A stretch of DNA of 32,000 bases from Pseudodesulfovibrio mercurii (GTDB lineage Bacteria; Desulfobacterota; Desulfovibrionia; Desulfovibrionales; Desulfovibrionaceae). This document shows, in pieces, positions 16,397-24,237 of this stretch. The stretch is taken from positions 1,260,001-1,292,000 of the forward strand of contig NC_016803.1 in the NCBI RefSeq assembly GCF_000189295.2. The letters are read 5' to 3'. The notes under the pieces are model-generated. The model was given only the letters and a program-made list of their open reading frames with translations, was not told where the DNA came from and searched no databases. A program made the position numbers and the translations under genes. The first letter of the stretch is position 1. Each line of letters begins with the position of its first letter.

Positions 16397-18400
16397 CTAG
16401 TAGATGTAGCGCACCTGGTGCCGTTCGGCCTCGATGCGGTTGTAGATGGAGCGCATGATGCGTTCGTAAAGCTCGTCGCCCAGGACCAGATCCTCGATGC
16501 CCGCGTCCACGTTGGGGTTGTCGTTGACCTCAATGACGTAGGCCTTGCCGCCCATGTCCTTGAGGTCCACCCCGTAGAAGCCGTTGCCGATGAGGGACGA
16601 GGCCTGGACCGCGGCCTTGAGGATGTGGGCCGGGGCCTCTTCCACGGGCAGCGTCTCGGACCGGCCGCTGAAATCCTCGCGGTCCTGGTCGTCGCTCTCC
16701 TGCCAGTTGTAGATTTGCCAGTGGTTCTTGGCCATGTAGTACCGGCAGGCGAAGAGCGGCTTGTTGTCGAGCAGCCCCACGCGCCAGTCGAAGGCCGAGA
16801 CCAGGAACTCCTGGGCGATGACCAGGTCCGTGTGCTTGAACATATCGACCAGCTTGTCGCCCAGTTCCTCCACCGAGGACACCCGGAACACGCCCAGGGA
16901 GAAGGAGCTCTCGGGCAGCTTCAGGACCAGGGGCAGGGGCAGGGTCCGCAGGAAGGCGGGCGTGCACTCCTTGCGCGTCAGGTGCCAGCCGCGCGGCTGG
17001 TTCACCCCGGCGTGGGCCAGCCGCTCCTGGAGGTAAACCTTGTTGGAGCAGAGCATGATGGACCAGGGGTCGTCCACGACCACCAGCCCTTCGGTGTAGG
17101 CGTGGCGGGACATGGCGTAGGTGTGGTTGTCCATGGCCGTGGTCTCGCGGATGAACAGGGCGTCGAACTCGCAGATGCGCCGGTGGTCCGCCTTGGTGAT
17201 GAACTCCACGAAGAAGCCCACCTTTTCCGCGGCCTTGCGAAACTTCTCCAGGGCCATGGGGCTGGACGGCGGCGTGGGTTCGGCCGCGTCGGCCAGGATG
17301 GCCAGATCGTACTGGTAGCTCTTGAGCCGGGGCCGGTTGTAGCGCTTGCGCAGGCAGAAGGCCTCCAGGGCCGTTCGCAGCAGGTCCGGATGGAGCCGGG
17401 CCACCTGTTTGAGGTGCAGGAGCTTGACCCTGCGGAACTTCCAGCCGTCCTCCTGGCGCTCCATGGTGATGGTGAAAAACGGGACCGCGAACAGGGAAAA
17501 AAGTTTGCGGGCCAGCTCCGCCCGGCACGGGTCCGGGGTGCGGCCGAGGATGATGGTCAGCTCCAGGACGGCCCCCTTGTCCGGCAGGGGCCGGGGATGG
17601 AGGGACTCCTTGATCTCGTCGAGCAGGCTCTGGGCCACCAGGGGCGTGGTCACGTCCTTGACGGTCATGACCGAGGGGGTCACGCGGTGGTTGCGGGCCG
17701 TGGCCAGCAGGGACACGTAGTAACCCATGGAGTGGGTCTTGTACGAGGTGCACAGGTTGAGGACGTGGAACCGGTTGGACCCGGCGTAGTTGGTGTCCGC
17801 CAGGTAGTCCGTGGCCGAAACGAACTGGACGCCGGGGCAGCAGTCCCGGACCCGGCCCGGCTCGTCCACCACGATGACCACGCTCTCGGGCGAGCCGTCG
17901 CGGTTCGCCGGAGACAGGACCATGCGCACGGCGGGCTCGTTCGGCCCATAGTAGTCCGGCAGGGTGCGCACCGGCTCGAAGCCGAACTTGCGGTACCAGT
18001 TGACCAGCTTGGGGTTGTTCATGTCCGCTTCCAGGGTGACGCGCTCGTACCCGTGGCTGGCGGCGAACTCGACGATGTGCCGGACCAGGGCCTCGCCCAG
18101 GCCGAGCATGCGGTGCTCCCTGAGCACGGCCAGGGAGTAGACGCGCAGGGAGCGCTTGTACTGGAAGACCACGGCGCACCCGGCCGGGACCGGCTTCTTG
18201 CGCCGGACCTTGCCCTCGATGACCAAGGCGGTCTGGGTGGGACTCAGTATGCTGTGCCGCAGGCTGGCCCTTGAACTGCGCCGGTTCTCGCTGAATCCGG
18301 TCTGTTCGCAGGCCTCGAATAAAGGCAGGTCGTCCAGGGTCGCCGGACGGACGGACGAGGACGTAAAGGAGACGGAGGACGTCTCGCACGCAAGGCTCAT
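16397..18400 (-). CDS. Fusion protein: N-terminal GNAT acetyltransferase, RLAN-like middle domain, and RimK-type ATP-grasp ligase (Ngg-like architecture), 667 aa
   Basis: GNAT motif A: HRMLGLGEALVRHIV, plus NWYRKFGF. RLAN-like segment: LNLCTSYKTHSMGYYVSLLATARNHRVTPSVMTVKD. The ATP-grasp C-terminus contains VLKLPESSFSLGV and YVIEVNDNPNVD. I chose the start at MSLACE (ATG at 18400) because a GGGAGG lies 5 nt upstream. The track ORF's extra 133 N-terminal residues are Arg/Pro-rich junk. Confidence 0.85.
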   Translation of the reverse strand: MSLACETSSVSFTSSSVRPATLDDLPLFEACEQTGFSENRRSSRASLRHSILSPTQTALVIEGKVRRKKPVPAGCAVVFQYKRSLRVYSLAVLREHRMLGLGEALVRHIVEFAASHGYERVTLEADMNNPKLVNWYRKFGFEPVRTLPDYYGPNEPAVRMVLSPANRDGSPESVVIVVDEPGRVRDCCPGVQFVSATDYLADTNYAGSNRFHVLNLCTSYKTHSMGYYVSLLATARNHRVTPSVMTVKDVTTPLVAQSLLDEIKESLHPRPLPDKGAVLELTIILGRTPDPCRAELARKLFSLFAVPFFTITMERQEDGWKFRRVKLLHLKQVARLHPDLLRTALEAFCLRKRYNRPRLKSYQYDLAILADAAEPTPPSSPMALEKFRKAAEKVGFFVEFITKADHRRICEFDALFIRETTAMDNHTYAMSRHAYTEGLVVVDDPWSIMLCSNKVYLQERLAHAGVNQPRGWHLTRKECTPAFLRTLPLPLVLKLPESSFSLGVFRVSSVEELGDKLVDMFKHTDLVIAQEFLVSAFDWRVGLLDNKPLFACRYYMAKNHWQIYNWQESDDQDREDFSGRSETLPVEEAPAHILKAAVQASSLIGNGFYGVDLKDMGGKAYVIEVNDNPNVDAGIEDLVLGDELYERIMRSIYNRIEAERHQVRYIY

Positions 18401-18609
18401 GAAGCCTCCCGAAGTTGCAGGACACCCGGGCCGCATGACGCGCCCGAGAATGGACATCCCATATACCGGGTCCTGCGGCAGGTAAACACAAATCGCGGGG
18501 GTGCGCCGGACCTTTTTTGCGGCACGGATCAGGCCCCGCCGAAGCCCCCTCCCCGGCCTCCGAGGGCAGCCAGGAATGCGTCGGGCGCACAGCGCTCCGG
18601 GCGGACCGC

Positions 18610-18792
18610 GAAGCGGTCGCGGAGCCGGGCCACCCGGCACGGCAGAAGGCCGCAGGAACGCAGCAGTTTCGCGCGGGTGAACAGCTCGGCCACCGGGCCG
18701 TCGAAGCGCAGCCGCAAGGCCTCCAGGCAGACGCCGCGCTCGCAGTTTTCGGCCACGAAGTCCATGTCGTGGCCGATGAGCACCACGGCCCA
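18610..18792 (-). pseudogene. C-terminal remnant of an ABC-transporter ATPase (H-loop to C-terminus). The Walker A, signature and Walker B regions are missing.
   Basis: The translation VVLIGHDMDFVAENCERGVCLEALRLRFDGPVAELFTRAKLLRSCGLLPCRVARL matches the generic end of ABC/ECF ATPases (..tHDmd.v.e.cdr..vl..G.i.fdGp..elf....ll...gl.pp.v.rl). Upstream of it the sequence switches abruptly to AT-rich non-coding DNA. Confidence 0.45.
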
Positions 18793-19243
18793 GCGGCATC
18801 GGGACGGCCAGACAGGAGCCGGAAATCCGAACAACGGAAAACGGCGCTTTACGCAGCCCGGCCAGGGGACAATTCCCTCCGCCATCGGCAGAGAAATTTC
18901 CCGTTATATTTTGATCCGGGTAAAATACTCCATAAAATCAAACTGATAATCATTCTCAATCATTTGTTTGAACGGTGAAAAACCCATTTTCGTCAAAATA
19001 GTTTTCCACATGCTCATGTGTAAACAATTGCTTGATGCGGCTGGGGAATGACGAAATCAGCACTTTCAACAGTGGTCTCCACCCGGGCCGAAGCGGGGTT
19101 TTATCTCATGTTTTACACAATTTAACCATCAAGTATTACAGCCTTTATTTTGGTACCATTCCCCACACGCAGTTCGTATATTTTAATAGACACCGATACA
19201 ACACAACGACTCGATATATTTCATACCCTGATGGGAGGACATC

Positions 19244-22200
19244 ATGACCGACACCAGCACCACCCAACGCCCGGAAATCCAGGTTTCGCTGCCTGGTGCG
19301 GGCCGGTCCGCGTCGTATCGACTGACGGCGGACGCAACGGTACGGTTCGCCTTTGACCTCGCGGAAGCGGAATTCATCGGCAATGGCAACAACCTTGAAA
19401 TCATTGTGGAAGGCGGCGGCCGGATCATCCTCCAGGACTATCTGGTCCTGGCCGAGGCCGACACCCTTCCCGTGTTTGAGATGCTCGACGGCCAGCAGGT
19501 GCCGGGCGGGGTGTATCTTTTCGCTTTTGAAAGCGACCAGCCCGTGACCCAGCAGGACATCGAAACCGCGGCGGGCGGGGCCACCTCCGGCTCCGGCGCG
19601 GGTGAATACAACGATGACCCCGGCGCGCTGTTCGACGGCCTGAACGCCCTGGGCCCGCAGGGCGACGCTTACGGCACCCACCTCTTCCCCACCCTGGAAC
19701 CCATCACCGTCGGCCTGCCCGAGACGGAACCAGTTCCCCCGGTGGCCGTGGACGACGTGAACCAGATCATCGAGAGCGGCTGGAACCGCGAGGGCGAGAA
19801 CGGCCACTACGAGGGCCAGGAATACTACGGCTCGGCCACCGGCAACCTGCTGCTCAACGACTATGACGGCGACAACATCGACTACCCCGAGACGGGCGGC
19901 GTCCAGACCGAGCTGGTCGTCAGTTCCATCGACTTCCCCGGCCCGGACTTCAACGGCGACAATCCCGGCCCGGAACCCGTCACCGACACCGGCACCCAGG
20001 TCAACGGCCAATACGGCACCCTGACCGTGTTCGCCGACGGTTCCTATGAATATTTATTGGACGAGACCCTGGCCGATCCCCTGCGCCAGGGGCAGGAAGT
20101 GCTTGAGCAGTTCCGGTACACGGCCATGGACCCGGACGGCAACGAGAGCAACACCGCCACCCTGACCATCACCGTGGTCGGGACCAACGACGCGCCCGAC
20201 GCCCTGGACGACGTTTCCCCCGACGTCGTCGAGCAGGGCACCGAGGTGGCCGGCGTCGCGGTCGTGACCGGCAACGTGCTGCACAACGACTCCGACGTGG
20301 ACAACGTGGGGTACGAGGATCTGGACCCGACCTACAGGGATCAGTTGCCCACCGACCCCGACAACCTTGTCGAGCTGGGCGTGACCAGCATCTACAGCTA
20401 TGGCACCGGCCAATTCGACAGCACCCCGGACGGGGACGGCAACCTCACGGTTGACGGCGAATACGGCACCCTGGTCATCAACGCCGACGGCTCCTATCAG
20501 TACACCCTGGACCAGGCCGAGGCCGACCCGCTGAACATCGGCGACGCCCCGGACGAACACTTCGGCTACGCCATGTGGGACGGCGAGAAGTACGATTACG
20601 CCTACCTGCGCATCCCGGTGATCGGCTCCAACGACGCGCCCGTGGCCGAGGTCGACGTGAACGCCTTCACCGAGGCCGTGGACGACGCCACCGCCCACGC
20701 CGTGTCCGGCAACGTGCTCGAAAACGATGCGGACGTAGACAACGTGGACTTCGGCGATCCCGGCACCCCCGAACTGACCGTGGAGGCCATCGCCTACTCC
20801 GGCGAGGGCACCCCGCCCGTGCGGGTCAGCGACCTGTACGAGGCCGACCACATCGTGGAAGGCCAGTACGGCACCCTGTACCTGAACGACGACGGTTCCT
20901 ACGTCTACGTCGAAGACAAGAACGCCACCGATCCGCTGAACACCGACGACGCGGCCGTGACCGACGTCTTCACCTACGAGGTCAGCGACAACCAGGCGGG
21001 CGGCGCGCTGAGCGACACCGCCACCCTGACCATCACCATCACGGGCGCGAACGATTCGCCCGTGGCCACGGTTGACGTGAACTCGTTCACCGAGGCCGTG
21101 GACGACGCGCTGCCCGGCGACGTGTCCGGCAACATCCTGTCCAACGACACGGACATCGACAACACCGGGTTGGAACTGTCCGTGGCCGACATCGCCTACT
21201 CCGGCGCGGGCTCCCCGCCCGTGCGCGTCAGCGACGCCTACACGGCGGACCACGTCATCGAGGGCGAGTACGGCACCCTGTACCTGAACAACGACGGCAG
21301 CTACCACTACGTCGAGGACAAGACCGCCACCGATCCGCTGAACACGGACGATGCGGCCGTGACCGACGTCTTCACCTACGAGGTCAGCGACAACCAGGCG
21401 GGCGGCGCGCTGAGCGATACCGCCACCCTGACCATCACCATCGGCGGGGCCAACGATTCGCCCGTGGCCACGGTTGACGTGAACTCGTTCACCGAGGCCG
21501 TGGACGACGCGCTGCCCGGCGACGTGTCCGGCAACATCCTGTCCAACGACACGGACATCGACAACACCGGGTTGGAGCTGTCCGTGGCCGACATCGCCTA
21601 CTCCGGCGCGGGCTCCCCGCCCGTGCGCGTCAGCGACGCCTACACGGCGGACCACGTCATCGAGGGCGAGTACGGAACCCTGTACCTGAACGACGACGGC
21701 AGCTACCACTACGTCGAGGACAAGACGGCCACCGATCCGCTGAACAGCGATGACGCGGCCGTGACCGATGTCTTCACCTACGAGGTCAGCGACAACCAGG
21801 CGGGCGGCGCGCTGAGCGACACCGCCACCCTGACCATCACCATCGGCGGGGCCAACGATTCGCCCGTGGCCACGGTTGACGTGAACTCGTTCACCGAGGC
21901 CGTGGACGACGCGGCCCCCGGCGACGTGTCCGGCAAGATCCTGGCCAATGACACCGACATCGACAACACCGGGCTCGAACTGTCCGTGACCGACATCGCC
22001 TACTCCGGCGCGGGCACCCCGCCCGTGCGGGTCAGCGACGCCTACACGGCGGACCACATCGTGGAAGGCCAGTACGGCACCCTGTACCTGAACAACGACG
22101 GCAGCTACCACTACGTCGAGGACAAGGATGTGACCGACCCGCTGAACGTGGGCGACGATCCGGTGAGCGACGTGTTCACCTACGTGGTCAGCGACAACCA

Positions 22201-23548
22201 GGCGGGCGGCGCATTGACCGACACCGCGACTCTGACCATCACCATCGACCCGGCCAACGACTCGCCCGTGGCGGTGCATGACGGCTCGCACGAGATCTTC
22301 ATCACCAACACCGTGGAAACGGTCATCGACGACTGGAGCGGCGTGTCCGGCTCGGTCATCTACGGTCCGGGCTACACCGTGACCGCCGAGGCTTTCGACG
22401 CCGAGAACAACCCGATCAGCGACGTCCAGTTCACCACCTGGGGCAACGACCAGCACCTGGGCATCTACACCAACGGCACCGGCGACGACCAGAAGGTCGA
22501 TGACCTGGACGGCAAGGAGCAGATCACCTTCGAGTTCGACGATCCGCAGAGCTCCTTCAGCATCGAGTTCATCGCCCAGGGCAACAACCACGTCAACGCC
22601 TGGGTCTATCCCATCGGCGGCGGCGTTCCGGTCATGTACGAAAACGTGGGCAACGCGGTATTCATCACCCCCGGCTTCGACTTCGACACCATCGTCTTCA
22701 TCCCGGACGGCTCCTTCGGCATGGAGAGCCTGACCACGGTCACCGGCGGCGAAAACCTGCTCATGGGCACGGCCGAAGGCAATGTCCTGGCCAACGACTA
22801 CGACGTGGACAACGTGACCTTCGACGACGCGGCGGCCGGCGGCGACCCGAGCCTCATGGAGCTGTCCGTGTCCGACATCGACTCCACCAACGTGCCCGGC
22901 AACGCCCCCAGCGCGGGCAGCGACCTGGACGGCAACTACTGGATCGTGGACGGCGAGTTCGGTTCGCTGAAGATCTACGAGACCGGCGAATGGTCGTACA
23001 CCCCGACCGAACAGACGGACGGCGAGGGCGGCTGGCAGAACCTGGACCACAGCGCGACCGACGTCTTCGAGTACACCGTGTCCGACGGCTCGGGCGGGAC
23101 CGACACCGCCTCCATCGAGGTCTCCCTGAACGTGAACACCACGGGCGTGACCGGCGGCTCCGGCACCCTGTCGGGCACCGACGGCAACGACGTCCTCTTC
23201 GCTGCGGACGGCGACACCGTGTCCTCCGGGTCCGGCCACGACGCCATCGTCATCGACCCGGTCTACCTGGGCAGCGACGCGGGCACGGTCAACGTCACGG
23301 ACTTCAGCGACGGCGACCGGCTGGTGCTCGGCAACATGGAGGGGGCGAACGTGACCATCACCTCGGACAGCAACGACGTCAATCTGGTGTTCTCCGACAT
23401 TGACGGCAGCGACGACATCACGGTCAACCTGCTGGGGGTTGCCCCGGTGCACGACGCTGTGGATCAGACGGTGGAAATCACCACCAGCGACGATCTGAAC
23501 CAGCTCATCCAGACGATCATCGACTCCGGCAACGACAGCATCCTCTAG
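19244..23548 (+). CDS. Large secreted repeat adhesin (LapA-like): N-terminal retention-module-like domain, 7 VCBS/cadherin-like modules, one inserted unique domain, RTX motif and a type-I-secretion C-terminal target domain; 1434 aa
   Basis: VCBS-type motifs occur once per module: (V/I)xG(Q/E)YGTL(T/Y)(V/L)xxDGSYxY. Ca-binding-like N(D/N)xDxDN and TLTITIxGxNDxP junctions are present. There is one RTX nonapeptide, GTDGNDVLF. A T1SS-type tail follows (VTDFSDGDRLVL...NLLGV...). A GGGAGGA Shine-Dalgarno precedes the ATG. Confidence 0.9.
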   Translation: MTDTSTTQRPEIQVSLPGAGRSASYRLTADATVRFAFDLAEAEFIGNGNNLEIIVEGGGRIILQDYLVLAEADTLPVFEMLDGQQVPGGVYLFAFESDQPVTQQDIETAAGGATSGSGAGEYNDDPGALFDGLNALGPQGDAYGTHLFPTLEPITVGLPETEPVPPVAVDDVNQIIESGWNREGENGHYEGQEYYGSATGNLLLNDYDGDNIDYPETGGVQTELVVSSIDFPGPDFNGDNPGPEPVTDTGTQVNGQYGTLTVFADGSYEYLLDETLADPLRQGQEVLEQFRYTAMDPDGNESNTATLTITVVGTNDAPDALDDVSPDVVEQGTEVAGVAVVTGNVLHNDSDVDNVGYEDLDPTYRDQLPTDPDNLVELGVTSIYSYGTGQFDSTPDGDGNLTVDGEYGTLVINADGSYQYTLDQAEADPLNIGDAPDEHFGYAMWDGEKYDYAYLRIPVIGSNDAPVAEVDVNAFTEAVDDATAHAVSGNVLENDADVDNVDFGDPGTPELTVEAIAYSGEGTPPVRVSDLYEADHIVEGQYGTLYLNDDGSYVYVEDKNATDPLNTDDAAVTDVFTYEVSDNQAGGALSDTATLTITITGANDSPVATVDVNSFTEAVDDALPGDVSGNILSNDTDIDNTGLELSVADIAYSGAGSPPVRVSDAYTADHVIEGEYGTLYLNNDGSYHYVEDKTATDPLNTDDAAVTDVFTYEVSDNQAGGALSDTATLTITIGGANDSPVATVDVNSFTEAVDDALPGDVSGNILSNDTDIDNTGLELSVADIAYSGAGSPPVRVSDAYTADHVIEGEYGTLYLNDDGSYHYVEDKTATDPLNSDDAAVTDVFTYEVSDNQAGGALSDTATLTITIGGANDSPVATVDVNSFTEAVDDAAPGDVSGKILANDTDIDNTGLELSVTDIAYSGAGTPPVRVSDAYTADHIVEGQYGTLYLNNDGSYHYVEDKDVTDPLNVGDDPVSDVFTYVVSDNQAGGALTDTATLTITIDPANDSPVAVHDGSHEIFITNTVETVIDDWSGVSGSVIYGPGYTVTAEAFDAENNPISDVQFTTWGNDQHLGIYTNGTGDDQKVDDLDGKEQITFEFDDPQSSFSIEFIAQGNNHVNAWVYPIGGGVPVMYENVGNAVFITPGFDFDTIVFIPDGSFGMESLTTVTGGENLLMGTAEGNVLANDYDVDNVTFDDAAAGGDPSLMELSVSDIDSTNVPGNAPSAGSDLDGNYWIVDGEFGSLKIYETGEWSYTPTEQTDGEGGWQNLDHSATDVFEYTVSDGSGGTDTASIEVSLNVNTTGVTGGSGTLSGTDGNDVLFAADGDTVSSGSGHDAIVIDPVYLGSDAGTVNVTDFSDGDRLVLGNMEGANVTITSDSNDVNLVFSDIDGSDDITVNLLGVAPVHDAVDQTVEITTSDDLNQLIQTIIDSGNDSIL
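19565..19576 (+). other. TAAG di-alanine motif at adhesin residues 108-111. Candidate LapG-type periplasmic protease cleavage site.
   Basis: The sequence reads DIE-TAAG-GATSGSG, immediately after an N-terminal globular region of about 100 aa. P. fluorescens LapA is cleaved at a TAAG motif at about the same residue number. The similarity rests on motif and position only. Confidence 0.4.
20630..22255 (+). repeat. Intragenic tandem array. One 420-bp diverged unit (20630-21049) plus three 402-bp units (21050-21451, 21452-21853, 21854-22255).
   Basis: The landmark AACGATTCGCCCGTGGCC recurs at 21050, 21452 and 21854, an exact 402-bp period. Units 2 and 3 differ at about 10 of 402 positions by my eye alignment. 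Shadow ORFs on the - strand (20974, 21376, 21778) repeat with the same period. Confidence 0.9.
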
Positions 23549-23629
23549 GGGATCGGGGCCGGAAAGGTCCTCCCAGTCGATGACGCGGGCAAAACGGACG
23601 AGCGCGGATGAACGGAGAACCCGTAAACC

Positions 23630-23663
23630 GAGAGGCCTGGAAGACCCCCCTTCCGGGCCTCTC
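23630..23663. terminator. Stem-loop between the convergent adhesin and ybaK genes (GAGAGGCCTGGAAG / CTTCCGGGCCTCTC, C-rich loop)
   Basis: The stem is 14 bp with one G-U position. T-tracts are weak on both sides, so I treat it as a probable but unproven terminator. Confidence 0.45.
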
Positions 23664-23713
23664 CCGCGTGGTGCGGGGCGACCTGCGGGAAAAAGTGCGG
23701 GGAGCGGCCGGGG

Positions 23714-24178
23714 CTAGCGAGCCACGGGCGCGAAGGACGCCCTGGTCAGCCCGGCCAGGTCATTGGGAGCGAGCTCGATGTCGAGCCCCCTCCTGCCGCC
23801 GCTGACGAACATGGTCCCGCACGCCAGGGCGGACTCGTCGATGACCGTGGGCAGCCGCTTCTTCTGGCCCAGGGGAGAGACCCCGCCGACCACGTAGCCC
23901 GTGGTCCGCTCGACCACCTTGACCTCGGCCATGGCCGCCTTCTTGGCGTCGAGCGCCTTGGCCACGGCCTTCAGGTCGAGCTTGAGCAGGACCGGGACCA
24001 CGGCCACGGCCAGGGTGCCGCCTGCGTCCACCACCAGGGTCTTGAAGACCCGCTCGGGCGATACGCCGAGTTTTTCGGCCGCCTCCACCCCGAAGGAAGG
24101 GGCGGCGGGGTCGTGTTCGTATTCGTGGACCGTGTACGGAATCTTGGCCTTCTTGGCCGCGTTGATGGCTGGCGTCAT
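23714..24178 (-). CDS. ybaK: Cys-tRNA(Pro)/Cys-tRNA(Cys) deacylase YbaK, 154 aa
   Basis: The full-length pattern is typical of YbaK: MTPAINAAKKAKIPYTVHEYEHDP...FGVEAAEKLGV.PERVFKTLVV...GGVSPLGQKKRLPTVIDES. Confidence 0.9.
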   Translation of the reverse strand: MTPAINAAKKAKIPYTVHEYEHDPAAPSFGVEAAEKLGVSPERVFKTLVVDAGGTLAVAVVPVLLKLDLKAVAKALDAKKAAMAEVKVVERTTGYVVGGVSPLGQKKRLPTVIDESALACGTMFVSGGRRGLDIELAPNDLAGLTRASFAPVAR

Positions 24179-24237
24179 GGACGGTTACCTATCGAATGGA
24201 GCCCGTTCGCGCAAGGGACGCGCGGCGGGTTTCGGGA

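Noticed and set aside
14376-18274. The + strand ORFs 14376..16400 (674 aa) and 16418..18274 (618 aa)
   Set aside because: They are antisense to the reductase, SET and GNAT-ATP-grasp genes, all of which carry clear family motifs on the - strand.
18401-18799. A 133-residue N-terminal extension of the GNAT-ATP-grasp ORF (track ORF 16397..18799)
   Set aside because: The extension is Arg/Pro/Gly-rich with no domain. It overlaps the ABC-ATPase remnant region in another frame. The internal ATG at 18400 has an excellent GGGAGG Shine-Dalgarno.
20054-23452. 1132-aa - strand ORF, plus periodic 72-aa - strand ORFs, inside the adhesin gene
   Set aside because: They are antisense shadows of the adhesin. 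Their 402-bp periodicity simply mirrors the + strand repeat array.
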